From Leucoraja ocellata (Eukaryota): a DNA stretch of 64,000 bases. A model generated the notes under the pieces. It had not been told where the DNA came from and did no database searches. It saw nothing but the letters and a program-made list of their open reading frames with translations. Below are positions 24,605 through 36,270 of the stretch, piece after piece. A program made the translations under genes and the position numbers. The stretch is taken from positions 1 to 64,000 of the forward strand of contig JAWMAR010001015.1 of NCBI GenBank assembly GCA_036785375.1, written 5' to 3'. How positions within the stretch are numbered: the stretch's first letter is position 1; each line of letters opens with the position of its first letter.

Positions 24605-24835
24605 CAGCTCCTCCCCCCAGCACCCAGCTCCTCCCCCCAGCACCCAGCTCCTCCCCCCAGCACCCAGCTCCTCCCCCCAGCACCCAGCTCCTCCCCCCAG
24701 CACCCAGCTCCTCCCCCCAGCTCCTCCCCCCAGCACCCAGCTCCTCCCCCCAGCACCCAGCTCCTCCCCCCAGCACCCAGCTCCTCCCCCCAGCACCCAG
24801 CTCCTCACCCCAGCACCCAGCTCCTCACCCCAGCT
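24605..24835. repeat. 20-bp minisatellite (CAGCACCCAGCTCCTCCCCC)n, about 11.5 copies
   Basis: Direct reading; 13 AGCT tetramers; one unit lacks 7 bp near 24718. Confidence 0.97.
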
Positions 24836-25184
24836 GCTAGTATGATGTGTTTTCCTGTCTCTGACCCACCTCCTGACCACATTAGGAACATTGATCCAAA
24901 TTAAACTGCACTCACCACCTGCTGATCCCGGGATGGAAAACACTGTGAGCTACAAGTCTCGCCGCCTGACATCATTGATCCTCCTGCACGAAACACTCGA
25001 CAGCTCAGGCAGCATCTGTGGGGAGAGAAGCAGAATCACCCTTTCACTTCAGTGCTCTATCATCAAACTCTTTCAGTACAGTATCTGACAACCACTATTT
25101 CCACTTTTATTTGATGTTTTTTTATTTTGTTGAAGGTTTCCACAACCCCAGGACATCTCAAAGCATTTCCCAGCCCATTAATAA

Positions 25185-25770
25185 CTCAGAGACATAGAGT
25201 CATACAGCATGGAAACAGGCCTTTCAGCTCAGCTTGTGCAAGGCAGCCTGATGTTCCATGTATGCTAGTCCCACTTGCCCATGTTTACCTCATGTCCTCT
25301 AATTTTCCTATCCATGTATCTGTCCAAGTGTCTTTTAAATGCTGTTATCGTACCTGCCTCAACTGTTTCCTCTGGCAGCCTGTTCCATATATCCACCACC
25401 CTGTGTATGAGAAAGTTCCCCACACATTCCCATTAAATCTTGTTCCTCACATCTTTTCACCTATATCTTGATTCCCCTATCCTGTGTAATAGACTGTGCA
25501 TTCACCCTATCTATTCCCTTCATGATTTTATACACCTTTATAGGATCACTCTTCTGCCTTCTAGAGGTATAAAGGAGTAAAGTCCGAGCCTGCCCTACTT
25601 TTCCCTCCAGCTCAGGCCCTTGAGTCCTGGCAACATACTTGTGAATCTTCTCAGCACTCTTCTAGCCTAATGATATCTTTCCGAGAGTAGCTTGATGAAA
25701 ACTCAACATTGTATTCCAAATTCAGCCTCACCGATTTCTTGTAACATTCTAGTATAACATCCAACTTCTG
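25185..25770 (-). mobile_element. Old CR1-like 3' fragment
   Basis: Reverse-strand homology to the CR1 3' ends at 30735-31210 and 42143-42903. Confidence 0.65.
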
Positions 25771-25772
25771 AA

Positions 25773-26341
25773 CAGTAAACCCTCATTATAACGGACCATG
25801 GTGTGGGGGGGATAGTATCCATTATTGCCGAATGTTAGCTTTAAACAAGAAAGGTATTACCCGTGTATGTAGTTGAAACAAAGAATGCAGATACTGGTTA
25901 ATACACAAAAAGACACAAAGTGCTGGAGTAATTCAACTGGTCAGGGATCATCTCTGGAGGACATCAATAGGTGAGGTGGGGAATCTTCTTCAGACTGATT
26001 CAGTCTGCTGGGTTACTGAAGTACTTTGTGTTATTTCACCTTAAAACCAGGCGCCATTGTCTCTGCTCTGCACCAGCGAGTCCTTCTTCATCCACCGCAC
26101 GGTCCGGTGACACGGCTGTGGTTGTGGCTCACAATGTAGCTTCTGACTGGCAGTGCTTTCTTCAGGCCACTGACAAGGTGCATGCTCACCATGGGGCACC
26201 CTCTCCTCCCACCAGCTGCTGCTTCCAAGGTGCAGTATGTTGGTGACTCCAAGGACCATGCGTGCAAGGGTGGTGTCGGCAGGTCCGTCCGCTACATCCA
26301 AAATCTGTTATAAAGTGGTCCATTAAAACGAGGGGTTACTG
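25773..26341. mobile_element. Tigger/pogo-like (Tc1-mariner) non-autonomous TIR element
   Basis: Imperfect TIRs cagtaaaccctcattataacggacca / tggtccattaaaacgaggggttactg, followed by TA. Confidence 0.6.
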
Positions 26342-26820
26342 TATATCAATTCCCTGATTCATGAATAGCTTTGTTTACCAACCTATTTACCTGTGACAAC
26401 GCTTCCTGGGATCTGTGTAGCTGTTCTCCAAGATCCCTTAGTTGTACAACACTCCCCGAGGCCCAGCATTGAAGGAGTTCCACAACAGGCCAGATCCAGC
26501 ACCATTTGGCCCGGTGGTTGTAGATATGGTCCATCTGGCACCATACCATGTGGTTCCTGACCTGGGACACATCACCCAGAGCACAGGCCGGTTTGTCCCT
26601 CTGGTTGGCAGATGTTGCTTCGCCAGTGAGAGATCAGCATTTCACTGCTTGGTCATGCACGGTGTGAAAGGGACTGGGAAAGGAACTATTTGTCTGCTCT
26701 GCCTGGCCTTCTCTCAGCCTGAATCACCTGCATTCACTCAGCAATCAGCATGAACCTGTTGCATGCGCTGGTAATAATCCATTTACTATAGGACCAACTG
26801 TTAATTTATTTCCATTTCAG

Positions 26821-27126
26821 AGGATGTGGTTTTGCCTTCAGTCCACATCACCTCTTCGTGCAACACGGAATCTGGCCAAGAGATCAGCATCCTCTGTCTG
26901 GTCAAGGACTACCTGCCTGAGGTCATCAGTCAGACATGGTCCACCAGCAGTGGGGTCATCAACAATGGAATAACAAAGTACCCACCAGTGTTGGGACAAA
27001 ACAACAAGTACACAATGAGCAGCTTGCTGCGAGTCTCTGTAGCAGATTGGAACAGGAAAACCTACTACTGCATGGCAGGATCCAAGCCGGACAATATGAT
27101 AATAACGGCGTTCCCGAAGCCTCAAG
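26821..27126 (+). CDS. IgW: IgW CH1 exon
   Basis: Acceptor tccatttcAG, donor CAAG|GTTAGT, 306 nt, phase 1-1. EDVVLPSVHITSSC..ILCLVKDYLPE..W..YYC. The extra N-terminal Cys is consistent with light-chain linkage. Confidence 0.95.
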
Positions 27127-27174
27127 GTTAGTGTGAGATTTTGTTGTCCATTTAAAGCTGATGATAGAACTAAA

Positions 27175-27682
27175 GTGTCCAAACCCTTAATAATCTTATA
27201 TGTTTCAATAAGATATCCTCTCATCCTTCTAAACTCCAGGGTATACAAGCCCAGCCGCTCCATTCTCTCAGCTCATGACAGTCCCGCCAATCAGGGAATT
27301 AACCTGATGAACCTACGCTGCACTCCCTCAATAGCAAGAATGTCCTTCCACGCATTAGGGGACCAAAACTGCACACAATACTCCAGGTGTGGTCTCTACT
27401 AGGGCCCTGTACAACTGCAGAAGGACTTCTTTGCTCCTATACTCAACTCCTCTTGTTAAAAGGCCAACATGCCATTCGCTTTCTTCACTCCCTGCAGTAT
27501 CTGCATGCTTATTTTCATTGACTGATGAACAAGGACCCCGAGATCCCATTGTACTTCCCCATTTCCCAATTTGACCCAATTAGGATAGTAATCTGCCTTC
27601 CTATTTTTGCTACCTCACATTTATCCACATTAAACTGTATCTGCCATGCATCTGCCCACTCACCCAAACTGTCCAACTCACC
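27175..27682 (-). mobile_element. CR1 fragment at the position expected for CH2
   Basis: MERLGLYTLEFRRMRGYLIETYKIIKGLD and EWADAWQIQFNVDKCEV on the minus strand; truncated at both ends, no TSD seen. Confidence 0.85.
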
Positions 27683-27921
27683 TGTAGATTGCCCTTTCCC
27701 TTTCATTGAAATGTCAGTGCCTGGATTATTTTTGAACTCATCTCCACACTCTTTAAAGTGTTGTTTGATCCTGGACAAAGTGAAGCAGTTTATCGTGGTC
27801 GGCATAATCTTATGCTGATAAATACTGAGGACACAGACTGGGAATATGTGAATCTCCTCTTTCCTCAACACGGGAGGTAAAAATCTCTTAACATTTAAAT
27901 CAATTAATCTTCCATTTCCAG

Positions 27922-28049
27922 GTCGAAAATGTCCCGGCTGTTCGAAGTGTCTGCCGAAGTTCATCTACCAGACTAATCTCAATGTGTCGTTCTCAGATGG
28001 TTCTACCCAGCAGTATCATTGTTGGGCAGGAAAGTGTGAAATAAAGTAG
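27922..28049 (+). CDS. IgW: Cysteine-rich secretory tail exon of the short IgW/IgX isoform
   Basis: Acceptor tccatttccAG, phase 1; GRKCPGCSKCLPKFIYQTNLNVSFSDGSTQQYHCWAGKCEIK*, 5 Cys and one NVS sequon. It matches my recollection of the skate IgX short-form C-terminus. Too short for the ORF track. Confidence 0.9.
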
Positions 28050-30011
28050 TTGGCTGCGTATGGAATTTGTCATTCTATTATTACTACCCATTTATAAGAT
28101 TCAAATCCAACCCCTGGTATCTACTGGGATCAAAGTGTACCAGAGTGGGGAAAATACCCAATTCAAGCTGTCTCCCTCTCCCTTCCACTAGTTGCCTGTA
28201 TATTCATTCATTTGCAGACATTGTTGCTTCACATCCCAGTGCCACTGGCCAGATTTATTCATGCTCAGGCTCTAGTCAGCAAGGACCACCCAGAGATCGA
28301 AAGGCAGGAGATGTTTAAGGTAAACGGTGTGAAATGTCAAAGTGGCTCAGTAAAAAATAGGATGACCCTATAATAAATGCAAACTGGTGAGGCAAGATCT
28401 AGGGCTCTAACCGGTCTCCTGTCCTATACTGGCTTTGGGTGAAAACCGTAGTTAGCACAAATTGCCACAGATTTATTAACCCACCTCCCGGACACAGACC
28501 TCAGTCCAAAGGAGAAACTCAGGGAATGCAAGGAATGTTGCAAGGAATGGACGTGTTTGGTTATAATCATCTAAGGTTGAGCAAGACAAAATGTCTCTTG
28601 TGGAAGATACCAGCATTTGACAGGATGGAGAGTATCCATACTCTGCCAGGTTTCATAGGAGGCGGTTTCCCCCCGACACCACGATGGTGGAACTACACGA
28701 CTGTCACTGATATGGGACGGGATTGAGCATCTTGCAAACACACATGTTTAACAATATCACATTGCTGATTAAAACAAGATTCACAGAGCAAAAACATTGC
28801 ACACTGTTAAACTAGACTTATAAATTTCTGATGACACTGCAACAATTGTCATCCACACTAATACCATGCACATAACTATTTTTGAAAGGAATTTGCTCAC
28901 CATTTTGCTTAAAGAAGGAGGGGTTGTGAAATAGACAACATCTTACATTGACAAATGTTATGTCTCCTGTCAGACAGACTCTGCTTTCTACGCAGCTGAA
29001 GGCTTTGATCTCCAGGCTCATTGAAAGTTTCAATTCTGACACAAACCTAATCACACTCCACAATAAGTGTTTGAGAGCAAAATCAGCTCATGTGGTCCAA
29101 GTGACTAAGTGTGTAAACAGTGCACACACAAGAGTGAGCTGAGTGCAATTAGACTCATGATGCTCTTCAGAAGACAAGTGGCAGTGCAGGTCAGTCAGGG
29201 GCAATGAATGAATAAATCATTCTCTTCCTCGCCCAATGATTCTGATGTGAAATGGGAAAATACATCTAATGCAGAATTTCATCCCAATCTGCAGCAGGAG
29301 AGGGACCTTGATACTTCTAACCATTTATGATTTGCTCTGCTGTCGCTGGAGAGTCAGCCACTAATTTATTTCTGATCATTTCTATCAATTACTGAAACGC
29401 CTCAAAGTCTTCACTGGAGCACAGTCACACTAAACTGACACTAGTCTATGGCTGAGTGAGTTTTGGTGTTTGTGGGCAACACTGCAACATGACACAGCAA
29501 GTGGTACAAAGGTGAAAGGAGTGCAGGCTTACGAGTGCCCTGAGTTGGAAGAATGAAGGTTGTGTTTGTGGTGAAGGTTTCAGAGATGGTGAGACACATG
29601 GTCAGAGTAAGGCTGTGATATCAGCATGTGACATTCTTAAACTGAGGGAATCCCAGGCTTGGCAGCCAGGGAAAAAAGTTGCTTTTCTCATTCATGTTGC
29701 TTAGTATTACTAATCGATGCAGCAGGAGTTCCAAGTAAAGCACATATCAAATTGTGCCCCTGTAATGTACCAGCTGATCATGGTGATGGGAAAGTGAGTC
29801 AAATCCCAGTTGACGGATCCTTTGTTCTGTTTTTTTCAGTCAAAACACTCAACCTGCTATTTAACACGAGTTTTTCTACTATTCTGTTTGCAATAAATCT
29901 AGCCAGTGTATAGTTTGATCAGCCATTGATCAGTCTTTTATGTGATGACATAAACATCTTAAAGTTCTTTTATGAGACACCTGTTTGGATTTCTGCCCTG
30001 CCTTTCCATAA

Positions 30012-30339
30012 AGAGCCTGAGCCACTTACGCAATTTATTCTGCGACAGCACCTGTCATAGTCGCAGCAGGTCACTGAAAAATGTTAACGTTGAAAATTCA
30101 GCTACGACCAGAACGGTGCTACGGCTCTTTGGGCAACTGAGGAGAATACTCACGACCATACAGGTGACACCCTGCCGACATAGGTGAAGCCTGTATGGTC
30201 ATGCGTAGTCGCCCAATGGTTCGTACCTTGTTCTGGTCGCCGCTGGATTTTCAACATGTTGACAATTTTGGGCAACCTGCAACGACCTATGACGGTGGCC
30301 GGCAGTCGCTGAAAAAGTTGCGTAAGTGGGACAGGCCCT
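30012..30339. mobile_element. Harbinger-type palindromic MITE
   Basis: TIRs agagcctgagccacttacgcaa / ttgcgtaagtgggacaggccct; TAA and TTA flanks. Confidence 0.8.
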
Positions 30340-30395
30340 TTAGTAACAGATGAGTCTCAACTAAAATTCTGAACTTTTCCATTTCTGATCCACAG

Positions 30396-30698
30396 CATTG
30401 GCCGTCTTCATTCAAAATCCTGGCATGAAAGAGATTTGGATCAACAAGACCGCTACGCTGGTGTGTTCAGTGATCTGTAGTGATCCGAGCCAGGTCCATC
30501 TCACCTGGAAGGTGGGAGGAAAGGAGAGAAGTGAAGGAGTTGTGACCCGTACACCGAGCCATGAAGGCACCCAAAACCCTGTGACCAGTGAACTCCGGAC
30601 CAGCGTCGAGGAGTGGACCAGCGGGGTGGAGTTTGTGTGCTTCGCCCAACATTCTTCATCATCCTCACCAGTGTCAGCGCGGACCAACCATAACAAAG
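30396..30698 (+). CDS. IgW: IgW CH3 exon (IgNAR C2 homolog)
   Basis: cacAG acceptor, AAAG|GTGGGC donor, 303 nt; EIWINKTATLVC..W.V.G..SVEEWTSGVEFVC. Confidence 0.93.
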
Positions 30699-30734
30699 GT
30701 GGGCAACAGATCAGTGATTAAATCGGTGTGACAG

Positions 30735-31210
30735 AGAGAGAGAGGGTACAGAGAGGATTTACAAGGATGTTGCCAGGGCTAGAGAGCTATAGGGAGAGGT
30801 TGAGTGGGCTGGGACTCTATTCCTTAGAGTGTCGGAGGATGAGGGAATATCTTATTGAGGTGTATAAAATCATGAGAGAAATAGATTGGATAGATGCACA
30901 GAGTCTCTTGCCCAGAGTAGGTGAATTGAGTACCAGAGGACATAGGTTTAAGGTGAAGGGGGAAAGATTTAATAGGAATCTGAGGGGTAACTTCTTCACG
31001 CAAAGGGTTGTGGATGTATGAAACAAGCTGCCAGAGGAGGTAGTTGAGGCAGGGACTATCCTAACATTAAAAAAACAGACAGGGACAGGTTTTGAGGGAC
31101 ATTGACCAAACACGGCGGGAGAGACTAATGTAGCTGGGACATGTTGGCCGGGGTGGGCAAGTTGGGCTGAAGGGCCTGTTTCTACACTGTATCACTCTAT
31201 GTCTCTATGA
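30735..31210 (+). mobile_element. CR1-like 3' fragment in the CH3-CH4 intron
   Basis: ERVQRGFTRMLPGL..LGLYSLE..TRGHRFKV. Confidence 0.85.
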
Positions 31211-31242
31211 GAGAGTTCAACATTTATTTTGCTCTGTTCCAG

Positions 31243-31560
31243 TTGAGCCAAATAAACCTGAAGTCAGACTGCTGCTTCAAACACACGAAGAGACCAAGCA
31301 TAGCCACAAGGTCACCCTCGAGTGTGTGGTCTCTGGATTCTACCCAGACCTCATCAACGTCACTTGGAGTAAAGACGATGCCCTGATCTCCAACAACACC
31401 AGCGCTGCACCAACTGCTCTGGAGCAGGGGGGCACTTTCAGTGCCAGCCACTTCCTGACCATGAGTACAGAGGATTGGAAGTCAGGCTCACGTTTCAATT
31501 GTACAGTGTATCATCGCGCCTCCAACACCATCATCACGAAGGATGTGAAGAACATCCAAG
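31243..31560 (+). CDS. IgW: IgW CH4 exon (IgNAR C3 homolog)
   Basis: ttccAG acceptor, CAAG|GTAGGC donor, 318 nt; VEPNKPEVRLL..LECVVSGFYPD..PTALEQ..WKSG..FNC. Confidence 0.93.
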
Positions 31561-32558
31561 GTAGGCTCCTGGGATTCACTCCATTCTCCACATTGTAAAC
31601 TGTGCCACACATGGGCAGCATTGTAACATGGTGCAGTCCTGTTGTGGGCTTGTAAGTGAATCTGGCCACAGAAATAATTGTATCTTTGACATTGCTTTAG
31701 TAACTTGAGGGCAATCCAAGCCAGTCGACAGGCCAGACACGGTGGGAATCCACAATACTCTTCTTCAAAACGGTCTTTCCCTCTGCCTTTGTACTTGATG
31801 CCAGTGGGTGCCTCAGCTGTGACAGGGTGTCCAGCAGAGCAGCTCTCTCCCTGCCCCAGAGTGGCTACAGTCAGCCTGGGCAATGTGTAGCAGCCTCTGG
31901 AACAGGCCGGCTGCAACACACTACATTCTGACAAAGCAGCAGGAGAGTTTAGTTACACCTCATGGATACAAAATGCATTTAAACAGTTGTGACTAAATGA
32001 AAGGACACAATATGCTGGAGTAACTCAGCAGGTCAGGCAGCATCCCTGGAGGACATGGGGAGGTGAGGCTTTGAGTCGAGACCTTTCTTCATCCTACTCC
32101 GGTCCACTCGCGACTAAATAAAATAATGCCGCTGCTTCTATTTTATAATATAAAGTGAAGAACGTTCCGCTGACTGGTTAGCACGCTACAAAAGCTTTTC
32201 ACTGTACCTCGGTACACGTGACAATAAACTAAACTGAACTGAACATTTTGACCTCAAACATTAGCTCGATTTGCCTCTCCTCAGAGGGAATTTTATACAT
32301 TTGATTCAGTAAATAGCTGGTAGCAGGTTCAGTGATCACAAAACTGTCAAGTAATGTAAATGTCAACTTGTTAATTCACATTGTTTAGCACGGTTTCCTT
32401 GTGGGATCAATAGGAAGCTTCATTCCTACACCAATGTAGATAAATCTCCCTGATGTTGATGGGACCAGCATATCATTCAGTGGAGATGTGCACAAAATAC
32501 TTCAGTGGCAAGCTGCTCCATCAGGGAACGATGACATAATAAATGTGATTTCTCCCAG

Positions 32559-32879
32559 ATGAATGTTCAGATACCCGCCCCTCGGTCACTTTAAGCAAAC
32601 CTTCCTTCGAAGAGATCTGGATCAACAAGACAGCCACCATTCTGTGTAAGGTGGTTCACGGTGATTTAGAGGGATTCAGGGTCACCTGGCAAGTGAATGA
32701 AATGAAGAGAGAAGACGGGGTGACAACTCGTGGTGTAGAGAGGATCGGAGGTACAGACACCATCACCAGCGGACTGACGGTCCCCGCTGCAGAGTGGGAG
32801 AGTGGGGCTCTGTACACCTGTGTTGTGGAGGACAAGAGTTTGCCAACACCGGAGAGCAGATCTTTGAAGAAGCTGACAG
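32559..32879 (+). CDS. IgW: IgW CH5 exon (IgNAR C4 homolog)
   Basis: tctcccAG acceptor, ACAG|GTACGT donor, 321 nt; DECSDTRPSVTLSKPSFEEIWINKTATILC..WQVN..EWESG..YTCVVEDKSLPTP. Confidence 0.93.
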
Positions 32880-32944
32880 GTACGTGTTGACAGAGGTTGG
32901 TGCGAGTCTGATCTGAGCAAATGGACACACTTATCACATCCAGC

Positions 32945-34110
32945 ATAGAAAATAATTGCAGGAGCAGGCCATTCAGCCCTTCAATCCTGCACAGACATTC
33001 AATATGAGCACGGCTGATCATCCATATTCAGTACTCTCTTCCTGCATTCTCTCCATATCCCTTGATCCCTTTACCCTAAGAACTGGATCCAACTCATTCT
33101 TGCATATATGTAATAATTGGGCTTCAATGCTGTCTGTGGCAGAGAATGTCCAGGTTCACCACTGTCTGTGTGAAGACATTTCTCCCCCTCTCACACCTAC
33201 ACACCTTCACCTCAGACTGTCATCTCCTTGCTTGGATTCACCAATATCTGAAACATTCTTCCTCTGCCTCACCTGTTCATAGAAACATAGAAAATAGGTG
33301 CAGGAGGAGGCCATTCGGCCCTACGACCCAGCACCACCATTCATTGAGATCATGGCTGATCGTCCCCAATCAATAACCCATGCCTGCCTTCTCCCAATAT
33401 CCCTTGATTCCACTAGCCCCTAGAGCTCCATCTAACTGCATCTTAAATCCATCCAGTGATTTGGCCTCCACTGCCCTCTGTGGCAGGGAATTCCACAAGT
33501 TCACAACTCTCTGGATGAAAAAGTTTTTTCTCACCTCAGTCTTAAATGGCCTCCCCTTGATTCTAAGACTGAGCCCTAGTTCTGGACTTGCCCAACATTG
33601 GGAACATTTATCCTGCTTCTAGCTTGTCCAGTCCTTTTATAATTTTATATGTTTCTATAAGATCCCACCTCATTCTTCTAAACTCCAGTGAATACAAGCC
33701 TAGTCTTTTCAATCTTTCCTCATATGACAGTCCCGCCATCCCAGGGATCAATCTCGTGAACCAACACTGCACTGCCTCAATCACAAGGATGTCCTTCCAC
33801 AAATTAGGAGACAAAACTGTACTCAATACTCTAGATGTGGTCTCACCAGAGCCCTATACAACTGCAGAAGAACCTCTCTACTCCTATACTGAAACCCTCT
33901 TCTTATGAAGGCCAACATTCCATTAGCTTTCTTCACTGCCTGCTGTATCTGCACGCTAACTTTCAGTGACCATTGTACAAGGACACCCAGGTCTCGTTGT
34001 TCATCCCCCTTACCTAACCCCATTGAGATAATAATCTGTCCCCTTGTTTTTGCCACCAAAGTGGATAACCTCACATTTATCTATATTATACTGCATCTGC
34101 CACGCATCTG
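32945..34110 (-). mobile_element. Two CR1 3' fragments in the CH5-CH6 intron
   Basis: Two agaaacatag/aaaatag tails (about 32945 and 33280) and CR1 C-terminal ORFs at 33608-34074(-). Confidence 0.85.
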
Positions 34111-34599
34111 AAAGTCTAGATACAATACATATACTGGCTCTCCTTCATCAATCCGATTAAGAATTTCATAGTTTTTCTCAGATTCCTTTGGATTTTTCTG
34201 ATCTCCAGTGGATATCTAATGGATATTGGGTGGACTTACAGATGGTCAGAGAGTGTGAAAATAAGATTAAACTCAGCTGAATAACCACATCATTAATATC
34301 CCAAGTCACCACGACAGCCTCGCCCATTACCACACTTATTCCCTCAGCGTGAGTTGCTTAGATAGAATCGAGGGAGAGGGAATTGCAACTTTCACAAGCC
34401 GAGATACAGACTGAGTCAGGACTGGAAGGGCAGGGAGCTTGAGGCAAACACCAGCCAATCATTTAAGCAGAAGGGGAGATGGAACAGACAGCGCAGAAAC
34501 AGGCTGGTCCAAGGACTGAGTTCCATTTTCAGTAGAGTCTCAGCATTCAGTGGCTCCTGTTGATTAACTAACCAATTTAAACTCACTGGAAGCTATAGT

Positions 34600-35350
34600 T
34601 CAGTTTAGTTTAGAGATACAGCGCCCTTCGGCCCATCAAGTCCACGCCAACCAGCGATCCCCGCACACTAACATTACCCAGCACATACCAAGGACAATTT
34701 ACAATTAAACCAAGTCAATTAGCCTACAAACAATAGACAATAGGTGCAGGAGTAGGCCATTTGGCCCTTCGAGCCAGCACCTCCATTCAATGTGATCGTG
34801 GCTGATCATCCCCAATCAGTACCCCGATCCCGCCTTCTCCCCACATCCCCTGACTCCACTATCTTTAAGAGCCCTATCTAGCTCTCTCTTGAAAGTATCC
34901 AGAAAATCGGCCTCCGCCGCCCTCTGAGGCAGAGAATTCCACAGATTCACAACTCTCTGTGAAAAAGTGTTTCCTCATCTCTGTTCAAAATGGTTTACCC
35001 CTTATTCTTAAACTGTGGCCCCTGGTTCTGGACTCCCTGAACGTCGGGAACATGTTTCCTGCCTCTAACGTGTCCACACCCTTAATAATCTTATGTTTCG
35101 ATCAGATTCCCTCTCATCCATCTAAATTCCAGAGTATACAAGCCCAGCCACTCCATTTTCTCAGCATATGACAGTCCCGCCATACAGAGAACATGTACAT
35201 TTTTGTAGTGTGGGAGGAAACCTGAGCACCCGGAGAAAACCCACATGGTCACGTACAAACTCCATGCAGGCACCAGCCATAGTTGGGATCAAACCCCATG
35301 TCTCTTGCATTGTAGGCAGCAATTCTACCGCTGCGCCACCATGCTGCCCT
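34600..35350 (-). mobile_element. HE1-like SINE split by a nested CR1 3' fragment (about 34732-35185)
   Basis: SINE head ggcagcatggtggcgcagcggtagaattgctgcc and tail ctaaactaaactgaac on the minus strand, with CR1 sequence between. Confidence 0.7.
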
Positions 35351-35544
35351 GTAAAATGCACCAGAGGCATGATTTCTATTCCATACATCCCTACAATGAA
35401 CAGAAAGGAAAAGCCTTTAGTTCCAGGTGAACTGAGGTCCCTCAGGATGTAAACGGGGTCCATGTCAGTATAAGATTGGAATGTATTGTGTAAGTACAGA
35501 ATTATCGACAGATTCAGTCTAACTCAGGTTCTCTCTGTTCCCAG

Positions 35545-35930
35545 ATGGAGTTGAGAGACGTCCTCAAGTCTACCTCCTCCCCCCTTCATTGGATGAGGTG
35601 GAGACGGATAAGACGGCCACCTTGACGTGCCTGGTCACCAAATTCTCTCCTGCAGACATCTATGTGGCCTGGATGGCCAACGACACCCTTCTGAAGACAG
35701 GGATCGTGAACCAGCCCGTGACCAAGGACACCAGGAATGGGTGGAACACCATGACCAGTCAGTTGAAGGTTTCTCCAGAGGACTGGAACTGTGGCACCAC
35801 CTTCTCCTGTGTTGTGGGACATGGATCCATCACAACCAGTCTATTCAGAAGCATCAATAAATCTCACAGCAAACCCACCCTGGTCAATGTCTCACTTGTT
35901 CTGACTGACAGCTTTAAATCTTGTGTGTAA
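35545..35930 (+). CDS. IgW: IgW CH6 exon with secretory tailpiece (IgNAR C5 homolog)
   Basis: ttcccAG acceptor; PQVYLLPPS..TATLTCLV..WMANDT..FSCVVGH; tailpiece KPTLVNVSLVLTDSFKSCV* with an NVS sequon and penultimate Cys. Confidence 0.95.
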
Positions 35931-36222
35931 CATGATTCATTTCTCAAACACTTGTTTTGTTCATTTCTGGATGTATTAACTGACCCAGAGGATGATGGGT
36001 TAGTTCCCTAATACATCATCAAAATGTGAACCTTTGTAAATCATTAAAAACATAATGCCACACGAGATATAAATGAAGCCACAGCCATGATTCACCACAA
36101 ATGTCTGAGCTTCTGGATACATTTACAGAGCTATTTCTGCCGTGCTTGAACAGATTTTAACCCTGTATGGGATCACACGAGGTATTAAATCTATGTATGT
36201 GTCAATGTATCAATACAAGATC

Positions 36223-36270
36223 AATAAATGTGATGTGAAAAAGGTTTTGTGTGCGTGTCTGTGTTTTGGG
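36223..36270 (+). terminator. Poly(A) signal for the long secretory mRNA
   Basis: AATAAA at 36223-36228 followed by a GT-rich downstream element (ggttttgtgtgcgtgtctgtgtttt). Confidence 0.75.

Noticed and set aside
24490-24943. Gly/Pro-rich ORFs in five frames
   Set aside because: They are translations of the 20-bp minisatellite.
20227-35930. IgNAR or IgM assignment
   Set aside because: The V has a canonical VH FR2 and CDR2, there are two D segments, CH1 has the extra light-chain Cys, and the Cys-rich tail plus IgNAR-C2-C5-like exons fit IgW.
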